The notes under the pieces: model-generated
What the model was told of the DNA's origin: nothing
Seen by the model: only the letters and a program-made list of their open reading frames with translations
The model's database searches: none
Shown here: one piece after another, positions 35,143-46,877 of the stretch
How positions within the stretch are numbered: position 1 is the stretch's first letter
Layout: each line of letters starts with the position of its first letter
Translations under genes and position numbers: made by a program
NCBI GenBank assembly: GCA_973895155.1
Contig: OZ316891.1
Coordinates: 30,697,112-30,761,111 of the forward strand
DNA from: Marsupella aquatica
Lineage: Eukaryota > Plantae > Marchantiophyta
Length of the DNA stretch: 64,000 nucleotides
Direction: 5' to 3'

Positions 35143-37159
35143 AATCATCTGCAACGGTGTTTCGCATCTCTAGCCTGACCTGTATGCAGCGACCCGCTCC
35201 ATTGAGTACAAGGGCACATAAAAAAAGTAGGTGAAGAGAGGGGATTGGTGCATTCCATACCTTAGCCAAACTTCCAGGAAACATCTCTGAAAGGGGTAGG
35301 GGAACAACATGGTTACATTATTACGGGCTGTCATGGTATGAAGCATTGTGGGGAAACATAAATTGGAATAGAAAATTCGAGACCCAAGTTTCATATAGAA
35401 AAGTCACTTTTGTACAGACAACTCCTGGAAAACCGAAAGGGTTTAGGATATACCTTCTCTGCATGCTCGTTTCAAGATTCTACCCCAATATCGGCAATAT
35501 TAAGATTCGGTGAACTTTGAAACCAGGGATTGTAGAATACGTAGTTTGAAGCATCGTGGAAAGTAGTTTTGGGCATATTTCAATTATATACATGAAGTCT
35601 CGATAGACTTTTCAAGCCCGGATATGAGTGTACTCCTGGACTGCAAGCAGCCACACAAGAGAGTCACCGCCTACAAAGATCTTGTAGCAGCTTTCACGGC
35701 TCGGGAAACTCCGTTAAAGTGGAATTGGCACTTACAGTTGTCATGGAAAGACGATATCTTTTGATGACAACAAATGAGAGTTTTCGATTCCTCAAGATAG
35801 GAAGTCAGGTCCACTACTTGATCAAGTCGCATCCACAATGTGGACGAGTCAGGGCAATACGTCCGACTAATCCATCCCGAGGATCACGTCATGTCATGGA
35901 TCCAACACCAGCCTCGTCAGACTGAAGCGTCTGCACAGGTCAGATTTCAAGATGAACCGTAACTCTCAAAGCCACCTCGGATCACGACTAGTAAATCACT
36001 GATCTTAATTCAATGCAATCAGGGACATGGTGAGCACTCAACAACCTCACCATCGAAGATTCATAGATTGCATATGCTTAGCTCCGTCATCAAGGAAAAG
36101 TGCAGTGAATCTTTAGTCCATACTCCTCTAGTGCTTCGCGAAAGTAAAGACTATTTGGCGCACACACATATCTTCTGCATCGTTTCAGTTCAATCCTCGA
36201 TAGAAACAGATCACATCGGTTTGCGACCAGCCACATTTCCAGGTGCTTTACGTTTGATTCAAACCAAAATGAGGAGCAATAAACCCATGACCCTGCTGTA
36301 TAATTCCTACCAAATTTTGTGCCAGGAGGCTTGACCTCTGTCTACTCAGTAGGAAAAGACAATGACAAACAATAGAATTGACAGCACTTTTCTTCATTGA
36401 CAATGTAATCAAAGTTATGCCGTTGAACGAACACAAAGAATCGACCTAGACAAAACTCAAATTGACGTTTAGTCCTACTCAACCCTTGCCTGAGAAGACT
36501 TGGGGAAAGACCAGTGGGTAGGATGAGCAAAGTCACAGGAAGTGTATTGCAAGCATTTGTAAACAACCACCATTGTCTGCATGGGCTCATCAATACCAAA
36601 CTGGTCCTCATGACACAGCATTTGAAAAATGTACGAGAACTAGTAACTACCTTCATACCTTGTTTATTCAAGAAAACCCAGTAGTTTTTCTGGGTGCCAA
36701 TGGTTACAGTTATAAAAGTTTTAACACAGGTCCATCCCTCCACCAGCGCCTGGTAGCAGAATCCTGTAGTGGAAATGCACATGGGGGTTTGTCCTGGTAC
36801 ACAACCACGGCCTGAGATCATATCTCTTGAGTATTGCTGACAAGAAGGCACTTTCCTGCCAACTAATCACTTTCAATATTGCCCCTAAATTACAGAAGAC
36901 CATGAAATACAATATGCCCCAACAGGAGTGGCATTCTGAAGTCCTCGCATCTACTCTAGACAGAGTGAATACTATAACTCAGCCTGGCGGGGAATCTGAC
37001 TGATACAAAAGACGTCTATATACTCTATCTCCACTAAGAAAATTGTCGGTCACACTTGTGTGAAGAGCATGATATATCGCGAGCAAAGAATGTCAAAAAT
37101 ATCAAAAACTCTAGGACAATGGGTTACACTCAGTGAATCTCACATTACGGTTCCTTCCA

Positions 37160-40140
37160 TCAACTTCTTGGGGCATCATCTGTTCGCACACCACCACCCG
37201 TCGAAAACAGATCATGAGGGATGTTTGGCCCATGCAGACTGACATTATCAACCCCTGCTTTCACTGACAAAGGGGTGGTATTGCTGCCTTTTGTCATCAC
37301 GTCATGATCAAGGTACAAAACCACCACGGTTATGTCATCATGGAAATGACGTCGGATTCCTCTCTCAATTTTCTTCAGATCGGAGTATCGCATCTCACGC
37401 TTCTTGGCTGCTTCCTGCAGGGCAGCTTTAACTAGCCTCCTTGCAATTCCCTGTAAGCAGAAAACGGGAAACGGTAGGGACGCTCAGGATCCCCCGAATG
37501 AAACCTAGAAACATATAAGAAACATTGCACAGAAGCTTAATGACATGGGAATTGAGCTGTGTAAATCTTCTATTACCAATATACTAAGACCGAAAAGTTG
37601 TCAATCATCCTACAAACCACAATGATCCTACAACAACAATTATGCCCCAACATTAGAACCGTCCGTCATTTCAGTTGCTCCTCTGAAACCGTTCCTACGT
37701 CATGTCCAACAAATGACAAAGATAATATATCTAAAAATTAAACGCGACCATAAATTGCGGTGAGCACATGCGAAGAAGTCATTTAACCTCCGGTTAGATA
37801 TGTGAAATGATGAACATATAAAATCACCCATCTGAACGTGACTCACCGAGCGAGGATGATTGTGAACTATCTCCACAGCTTCCTGATTACTCAGATGCTC
37901 CCATAGGCCATCAGATGCGAAAATTACGAAACGATCCTGTGCTCTTATCACCCTAGTACTAATTACGGGCTCTGCAGACAGAACAGGCTTCTTTAATGGC
38001 TCAGGAAGACGAAATCGTTGAAATAAGGGTTCTTTGTTGAATTCTGGCTTCTTTAAGTATACGTCTCCAATTGACCGGGACACCTGCACCACCAAAATAC
38101 AACTACCCCTTTAGCTCACCAATTTGTGAAACGCAACCAGTATCACTTACCGAAACAACCAAATAGGCCTTGTCAGTTGATCTAAAAGATGAGTCCAGCT
38201 GGAGTAGAAGCGCTAGATGGTTGGATTGAGATTAATCGCAAAGTCAAGTCCCCAAGCATGAATGGTAGCTAAAATAACTCTCAAGCTTTGACAAACCTGA
38301 GTACTCCATTACTTTACTACTCTGGATGGAGAGAAGTAGATACCTGAATGATACCCTTCACTCGCCATACGCCATGCTTCAGCACAACAATGTGAGAATC
38401 ATCTGGATGGTTCGCAATGAGCTCCTGACGAACTGCCTCTATACTCGCATTATGCTCTGTCGATATTTGCGTAGCTTGAATGCCAGAATTGTTTCTCGTG
38501 TAGCTGCCCAATACAGCTCGAGAGTCCCCAAGACTGGCTACATAGAGCGTTGAGCCACTAATTGCTCCTACCAGACAGCAAGATCCCACTGCAGCAATCT
38601 GAGGCTTTTGTGTCCATTGTTTTTGCACAACGGCCAAGAATCCATCTTCTGTCTCCTGAAACGCCTTCCGAAGAGCGTAGTCCGACATGCCCCCATTGTC
38701 TCCAGCACATTCTGCAATGGAACAAAACTAGACACTCAGTTTCCGCAACGCACGGCGAATCGCTGAAGTAAAGATGACTCCTCACCCGTGTCCACTTCCA
38801 AACCGTCAAGAAGACCACCTCCGGGACAACAAATGCTTGTGTGACCGTCAGAATTGAGCACGGACATCAGGCTTGTGTAATAATATTGAGAATGATGTAA
38901 ACCGTCCCGGAATTTGGATAACGGAAAGAAAACCAAAAGCCACAATGTCCACCGCCGTAGAGAAGATTGGGTAAAAATGGAAACCTTAGATACTTCCCAC
39001 TGTTGTCTTGGCACAACACAAGATAGGTGACCTCCTCATCGAAATATTAGGGGCAGTTCTAGATAATAGTGAAGAATACTGAAATGAAGGTTTCAATCGC
39101 AGGTAAAGTCATCCCTAAGAACCACAGATGGCTCAACTTGAATTCGAATACGATCTCAGCTCCTCCATTTCAGAACATCTGACCTAATCAACCGTTCATA
39201 GCAGAAAACTGGGTATCTGCTGTGCTGTAAGACAGCAACTGGGAGTTTTACTGATTTTGAAAGAGCTACAAAACGAAAGGACCCCTTCGATAGAAACAGC
39301 GAGAAAAAACCCAGTTGGGCTTCTCCAGTGTGGACCATGGGATCCCCAAAGGAATAGGACTAAAAGGATGCCATTGAGCAATCTGAGCAACGCCATCTTT
39401 TCTGATGCATAATAAGCCAGCTACGACATTTAACGGCCAGCAAGGCCTCATCCTCGAGTTCCTTACGAGAACACGGCCCCACCCTATACGTGCTATGAAG
39501 ACAACAGTCCGACATTCTGTTAACATCTTAAATGCTGTCCAAGTTCATCTTCGAATGGTCCAGTAATTCAGGGTCGCTCCATGTAATACATCCGTCAAAA
39601 GGATCCTTGTTGAAAACAGCATCAGCAAGGAATACGACAGAGAACCGATGAGATGCATCACGTGAATCGGTAACGAGAAAGACAAGTTTCAAAGGAATCA
39701 GTAATTCAGGGGAGAATTTCACGAGCCTGTAAATCGGTGGACTCTGGAGATGAAAGCCTCCAATAGTACCCACACCAATAAAAGCAACACATTTCAACTT
39801 CCTACGCGACAGTCCAAGCAAAACAAAACTTGGGCAAGCAGGCAAGCTTACTCTTCACATTCGAGAATAGATTATCGTTGATGAACCGAGCAGCCTCTGG
39901 GCCCCCATGGCCGTCGTAAATCCCAACAAAAGTCCCGTAACCTCCAGTCTCTACCTGCGATTGATCCTCTAAAAGCGCGTTGGCTTGAACCACGGCAATC
40001 GAGAACTCGCCAGCGGCATGTGGTAACAAGTCCCTGTACCAAAGTAACGCATCGTGGCTTGCCACCTGAGCCCCCATATGTGCATAGCGCTCAACGGGCC
40101 GCCAGCACGCCATCACCATCTTCATGACCCACTTAAGCAT
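37160..40140 (-). CDS. PP2C.D: Protein phosphatase 2C, clade D, 4 exons
   Basis: Exons 40140-39852, 38711-38344, 38083-37847, 37450-37160, all GT-AG. Motifs [102 protein letters not shown] are typical of clade D. Confidence 0.95.
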
Positions 40141-41647
40141 CCCTCCTCATCCGTCCATTAAATTCCTTCTACCCACCATCCTCGCTCCTAATCTCTCCCT
40201 CACCATCTTCTTCTGTCTATCTACATCGGCACTGATCTTTCTTCCTCACCATCAGCTCACTCAATCTGCTTCATCCCCCCGCAGCTGCTGCTGATCCACC
40301 GGACTTCATTAATTTCCGCCAACACCTCCGCACTGGACGAAACAGATAGACAACTCCGCTCGTTGAGCAAGAAGAACAACGCGTCCGGGATCCGTACTGG
40401 CAATCACAATTGCTATCGAGGACAATTTTTCTCTTCCGCAAAAAACCTTCATGAGAGGACCTACACGCAAAATCGGTGTCCAATTCCCTCCTGCTCGTGC
40501 TGCGGATCAGGGTTTCAACTAAGATCAAAACGCGCTGGTCGGGTGTCCGTATCCGTCCTTGCCCACGTTTCACTTCGTCTGTCTTCTCACTAGAGGAAGC
40601 GCCTTACAAACCCCTGAAGTGCGAAGCAGATTGGCCCTCCCGACGTCTCGTTCGTACGTTACAAAGCTATGCACGAGCTCCCACTCCCTCCCTCTCTCGG
40701 TCTTCCTCCTCTCCAGCCTTTTCCGGCCTCCTCTTCCCTTATTCTCTCCTGCTTCCCGGATGACGAAACACTACACCGAGAATGAAAACCTTCTCCTCCT
40801 TCTCACCTATTTTGTTTCCCTCTGCAGAACTCCCACCGTCACGCTGATCTCAAGATCTATCTGCCCACACTGCTTCGGCCCTCCCGCTCCCTCGTTTCGC
40901 CTTCTACGCGGTGTCGTCGTCCTGCTCGTGCTTCCGTCACCTTTCCCTCCTCTTCACTTCCTTCTCCTTCACGGACCTACTTATTACACTCCTTTTACCA
41001 CCGTGAAGCAGAGCAAAGCCGGGACACGACGAATCCCTAAAAAATAAAATTCACCCCTCACTGGAACACCGAGCACACAGCCCCGACCTCCACTCCACTC
41101 CACTCCACTCCACCCTAATTCACCGCAGAAACCAATGACCCCACAATCCGTTCCTCCTCCTTTCTTCCCACTCCCTCCCTCCTGTGTCTTCTTCCGTCCT
41201 CCTTGCAGATCCTCCACGGCAGAAACCCCGGCCGCCCGCCCTCCCGCCCGCCTTCAACTCAGCCAGCTCACCTCACGTCACTCACTTCTACTCTGCCCTT
41301 CGCTCTTCTTCTCCTCCTCCTCCTCTTCGACCAGCTTCCGCCCTACTCCTCCTCCTCCTCGCCTCGCCTCGCCTCGCCTCTCCTCGACCGGCTTCCGTCT
41401 TCTTCGCTGGCCTTGCGGATCAGCGCCATAACCAGTCTAGTCCAGTCAAGTCCAGTCCAGTCTAGACGACAACAGCAACAGCAGCAGCAGCAGCAACAAT
41501 CGACGAAGCACAACGGAAACAACAACGCTGTTTCTGCTGCCTCCCCATTGCCAGCAGGAGCAACAGGAGCAGCACGGGAATATCTTCTCTGCCCTTCTTC
41601 ACCTACCAGACGCTCCCACTAAACTACTAAAATATTACTCCTCACTG

Positions 41648-41905
41648 TCTCCTTTTCCCAACTCCTCCTTTCTACCTTTGCTTCGTGGGGGACAAGAAAA
41701 CCAAAACAGCCCAACAGAGCAGGCCCAATTTGTTAAATGGTCTCCTTTCTCCCAACTCCTTTACCTTTAGCTTCGTGGGGGACAAGAAAACCCAAACGAG
41801 GCCAACAGAGCAAGCCCAAATTGTTAATGGTCTCCTTTCCCAACTCCTTTACCTTTACTTTGTGGGGGACAAGCCAACCAAAAGAGGCTAACAGAGCAAG
41901 GCCAA
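41648..41905. repeat. Tandem repeat of about 90 bp, 3 copies, upstream of PP2C
   Basis: TCTCCTTT..CCCAACTCCTTTACCTTT..CTTCGTGGGGGACAAG...AACAGAGCARGCCCAA repeated three times. Confidence 0.85.
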
Positions 41906-41933
41906 TTTTTTTTTAAGGTTTCTTGGTTTTAAA

Positions 41934-42301
41934 AGGGAGTCTCAAAGCTGGCAATTTGAGAGACCTCATTTTTAAGGTTTCTTTACTTTGGTAGGGCATC
42001 TCAAAAACTTACAATTTGATGGACCTTAACTTCAAATATATATACACATACTTTTTACAGAAAAAGGCCTACAATTTGATGGACCTTAACTTCCTCATTA
42101 AATTACCTATTATGGACACAAAAAGTTATGGACTATGAAATTTATAGTTCATAAGGATTGGTCTTATGCCTTTACCATATGGCACTGTAGAGATTGGTGA
42201 CAGGAAAACAAAAAAAAAGTGTTACATAACCTTGTGAAAAAGTTATGACCATTTTTTTTGGCCAAATGCCATCATATACAATTTTGAAGCTTTGAGACCC
42301 T
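41934..42301. mobile_element. MITE, same family, with a duplicated left terminus
   Basis: AGGGAGTCTCAAAGCTGGCAAT at 41934 is the exact reverse complement of 17209-17230. Second TIR copy AGGGCATCTCAAA at 41993. Right end AGCTTTGAGACCCT. Confidence 0.75.
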
Positions 42302-43599
42302 AATGTCACCTTGTTTGTGTCAAGGAGAATGTGCTAGGGATATTTCTCGCCTTGTTTTCCTAGAATAATTTCTCACAGTCAGATCTCCCTAGATGTAAGG
42401 ATCACCTTTAGATTCTGGCCAATGGGGTCTCTGGCTAGGTGGGGAGTTTGCTACAGGAAGACAAAAAGGGTAGCTAATTAGAATATTCTTTACCTCATAA
42501 TCCTAGATCAATTTTTGGCTGTCGGAATTTCCTAGATTTAACAATAACCATTATAGTCAGGCTAGTGGAGTCTGTGGCTAGGTGAGCTGACTAAAACTAG
42601 CCAAAGTTACTCAAATACTTTCTATAGAGGTGGAATCTACTGTACCTAATTGTGCCCACTAAAAACATAGTTGCCCAGAGAAGGCCATTGGGGAAGAAGG
42701 TCCATATCAAACCACTCCACTTCGAATTAGTTTTGTGTGACGAGCCCTACGCTACATTACTGTAGGAGTGAATTAAATTATTGTTTAGATGCAAGGTGTT
42801 GTACTTCTCTCACTGTACTTTGTACGATAACCTACCTATACTACAGTTGTGGCATGTAGGTTCTTAGGCATCACCAGTTCAGCTCCGGTTTTCTTTGTCC
42901 CTCTCTCTCGTCCAAAGGGCTCCAACCCTGACCCACACCCCCAACCCCACCCTCACACCCTGCTACTAGTCCACTCCGTGTTTGTCAGGGACTCCTACTC
43001 TGTACTCTACTCCTAGGGGTGGCTTAACAAGAGTTTGGGATCTAGAGTGGAAAGAGCAGCAGTTGGCTGGACAAGAACTAAGGGCCCTTCAGGTATGTTG
43101 TCTATAGATACATGGGAGGCATTGGGTCCAAGAAATGTTGATGTGGAGTGCTTTATATTGTCTGTAGATTTAAACCACCTCCAGAGGTGGTCCAAAGATT
43201 TCCAAACTTGACTCATTTGTTCAAGTCATTGGCATGTATTGAAGTTCAGTCGGGAAATTTTTTGGTCCAAAATCTATCTTTAGAAGTGGTTTCCAGTTTG
43301 GTTTGTGAGAAAGAAGTCACAAGTGCCCCTCACCTTCTGTAAAGCCACCCTAAGTATGAAGTTAGTTGCGCAAGCTTTGTACTTCTATTTACTTTGGATA
43401 ATACCTTGCATTACTAAGCTTGAGTTAGAACTAAAGCAATGCTCCTTAAGAGTTCCACCCGCCCACCTTAATTAAACCATTGTGTTTTTCTTTGGTAGTT
43501 TTGTTCACACTTGTTTGCTAGATATCCCTTTGTGTGACCCGGCTCATGGGATCTACGCCCCATTTTAATTCCATGGCCTCTTTGGGGGACTATGGGCCG

Positions 43600-44013
43600 T
43601 AATGTTAGGCATTTACTCTTAGGTCTCGGGCTACAATTGTAACAGTAGTTAGGGCTAACCCTAATTGTGGACTTGGTTGGGTTAGTGATGTTGCACAATA
43701 TATCCCTAGCGGTGTTTGCTTGGATAGGACGTACTAAGGCTCATTATTATGGAACCATTTGAGAGATAGAGAGCACTTGTATTGCAGAGACTCGGTAGGG
43801 CCGACAGGTCTAGATTGCAGTAAAGCTCTCGTGTGTTCCCGTGGACGTAGTCTTAGCTAAGGTGAAGCACGTATGTCTTGGTGTTGCCTACTTGTGCGTT
43901 GGATGATCATGGGCTTGCCGTTGTGAATGATCTCCTTGAATATCTCTATGTTGGTATCAATTCTAAGGACATTGGTACCATATGACGTCATGTTGTCCAA
44001 TTTTATCTCAACA
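43600..44013 (+). mobile_element. Degenerate Copia-type LTR fragment
   Basis: TTCCCGTGGACGTAG...AGGTGAAGCACGTA near 43836-43873 matches the motif in the Copia LTRs of this window (reverse complement). Possible end TCTCAACA. No TSD found and boundaries are approximate. Confidence 0.4.
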
Positions 44014-44057
44014 CCAAGTACAATATCTTAAGCTTACCTTTGGCCTTTGTTAACCTT

Positions 44058-45537
44058 AGTCGCGAAACTCAACTACCTTAACACTTAGCTCCAGCGTCGC
44101 TGACTCCAACGCCGAGCTCCCTTATGGTCCAGGCCTGGATAGGCCATCCGGGGAGGACTTAGCATGGGGAAACTTGTGGGCAATGAGATGTGGCACTGGC
44201 GAAGTCAAGGCACCAGGCTGGTGACACGCACTAAGGACTTAGACTAGCCGAGAGTTGGTCGTGTCAAAGGGAAAAGGGCTGGGCTCAAGGTCGACCGTCC
44301 GGACCCCCGGACGGACTTTGAATTTTGAGGGCTTGAGTGAGAGCTCCTCTTGGGCCCAAGGCTAATGGAGTTGACACCATGGGCAATGGACGTTTGGAGT
44401 GCGAGTTATGGCCCGATCCAAGTTTGGCCGATCGGGGCCCTGAGTGGCAATGAGATCTGAGGGCCTAGGCATGAACACTGGGTCGGCCTGATTGCAACGA
44501 GCTAAGGCACTCCGCTTGCGGACGCCTAACTATGAAGTTATGGGCGTTGCCAGTTGGTGGCGTGCCCATACATGCGGGATAGGGTCCAGGTTGGGGACCA
44601 AAATTTTGGGGACTAAAGTTGGTCTGGGGGTGGCAGGTCTCCAGAAGCATATATGAGGTGGAGTGGTGTCTCCCTGGGGGCTAAGGGCGAGCCGAAGTCG
44701 TGAGCCGCGGCGGTCGCGACACTAAGGGAAAACGTCAAACGGAAACGACAATAACTTCCCAAAGAGAAATCCGTTGGGGGACTTCTTGGATGCATTGGAA
44801 AGCTCTCAAGGAGGTCTACATTCTCCTGAGCTCAGATAGGTCTGGGGGCGTTGTAGATTCTTGAGGTTTGCGGGTGCTATCTCGCCCGCTTGTCAAATCC
44901 TGCCAAAATAGCAGCCAAGCCGCGTTCAATCTCTCAAGGGAGCTTGCATTGGGGAGGCAAGGCCAAGTAGGCGTGGAGGTTGAGTTCCAAGGGAACTTGA
45001 TCCCTAGATCGTCAGTGGGGCGAGAACCGAGAGTTGGTTGCTAAAGTCAGGGCCATTATGGTGTAGGGACAAGCTTTAGGACAAGCTATGCTATGTGGGC
45101 CATGAACATGTCCTGGGGATAGGGCGGTCAGTTGGTGATGGATAGGTATGAGGGGGAACCCGAGCTGCACCCAAGGAAGGAGTTGTTTTGGACAAACAGT
45201 GGACGTCAATTTTGGTTCCGGCTTATGGCATCGGGAGGACCTATCGTTGACTTACTTACCAATATCTATTGAGCTTGAGTTAGGATGCTAGACTTGGGAG
45301 ATCTAGATCCTGAAGGGTTACTTACCGAGACGCTTGGTTGTTTGTGCAGACAGTGATGACTGTTGAGTAGTGGTCGTGTTGGAGAGCAAGTGCGGTTTTG
45401 TATGGGAGGGGCCGCTAGTGGTGCAAGGGGCATTAGGTTGCTTGCTTGAGGTATTCCGTGGAGACATTCGGACACTAGGGGCACTTAGGCGTGGGTGTTG
45501 GGATTGGTGAGGGTGCTGGGTGGCAAGGTCCACCACT
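44058..45537. mobile_element. Solo-LTR-like element (1480 bp) with AGT...ACT termini, copy 2 (inverted relative to copy 1)
   Basis: TSD ACCTT/ACCTC (one mismatch). Ends AGTCGCGAA...TCCACCACT. Homologous end to end with 10047-11551. Confidence 0.85.
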
Positions 45538-46369
45538 ACCTCCAGCCCCAAGATTATGTTTGTCTCCCCATTATGTTAGTTTCATCAAGTGCCATACCTT
45601 AACCTCAGCCTTTAGCTTCAATGCCAAGATGATGCTTGTAATCCGCGTCGTTTTGCTTCTCAGCCTAATTGTTGCTAATTGCCTCCACCTTCCATATACA
45701 ATTCAAATGTGACCATATCAAGCGGAATGGACAATAGTATTTCAAATGTAACCGCTTGATATGGTCGGTGCTTGTCGACAGTTTAGGTCCGAAGCTCTTA
45801 GAGCTGCCAAAACTTTTGGGAGAAATTGATAGTCTCATTGTTGAGAGAGTGTCATTGTTTGGTGAGCATAAAGATGCTTTTTGCCTGCAAAGGCAAAATG
45901 CAAAGCGGGGAGTGACGTTAAGACTGTTCTGCGGTGCTACAAATCTGTGAGTGAGCTATAACGTGTACCTGAGTGAATCCTATTGAGCTATGACCTGGAA
46001 CCTTGTTCCATACTTTATTGTGCGCTTGCAATTGAAGGCTGCAAGCTCCTTATCCTATTTCTACTATGGGGAGCTTGCAGTTGGAAGGAGGGTCGAGTGA
46101 TTGACGTTGTGTCAGTGGAGGACTGAGCTGTGGGTTTAGGAGCCTGGGTACTGCGTGAGTTATTTGTTGTGCAATAGTTCTTTGACCGTACCTATTGAGT
46201 TTGAGCAAAGTGAGTTTGAGAAGAGGAGGAGCTACAGTCACATATATTGCAACCTTTATTTCAACGGGTGTTGTGTGATAGACAAGGAGTGGTCTTTGCT
46301 GGATTTGGTGAGGTGGAGGTCAAGAACCTGCCTTGGACGAGGGGCTGTGGAGGTGGACAAGCTAGGTGT

Positions 46370-46683
46370 TGTGGGGAGAAATCAGATCAGGAAAAACATA
46401 CACGTGCTCAATAGTTACGTGGTTCGCCTCAAGGTTGGCTACGTCCACGGGAAGACCAAGCTTTATTAACGGTTATGTGTCTACTCAAGCATCACCATAG
46501 CTCTCATCTCTTCAAGCTCTCATCTCTTGCTATATCACTGTGTTCTCTCTTGAGAACTCTCTTCTGTGTTCTCACACCACATAGAAGTTGAAGAGATAAG
46601 GACCAACTCTTCAACTAGGGTTTACTCTAACCCTAGTTAACATACTAACAATAGTTCAACCCAAGACTGAGTTAACCTCTACA
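46370..46683 (-). repeat. 3' LTR of the Copia element (314 bp)
   Basis: Direct repeat of 51720-52026; preceded on the minus strand by PPT GTCAAGGGAGAGTT. Confidence 0.95.
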
Positions 46684-46877
46684 AACTCTCCCTTGACTCA
46701 TGTCTTGGGAGGGTTCATAACATTGTCTTTTCCTTACAAGTTCCTCCGCGGGAAGTTCAAGACAGTAGGGCCAAAAGACCCTCCTCCTAATGCAAGGGTT
46801 AACTAGAACTAAGCCGTAGCCGATAAGCCATCGGATGGAGTACTCATATAGAGACGTTTTCTTGGTTAACTCTATAT

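Noticed and set aside
43952-43959. TGGTATCA as a PBS
   Set aside because: Only 8 nt match, it is not directly after a clear CA LTR end, and no gag follows.
44085-44135. Weak tRNA/SINE-like appearance at the end of the AGT...ACT element
   Set aside because: No cloverleaf, no B-box and no poly-A tail; it is part of the TSD-bounded element.
45550-46364. Possible LINE remnant flanking the Copia element (also about 43000-43350)
   Set aside because: Only vague peptide resemblance; not supportable without an alignment.
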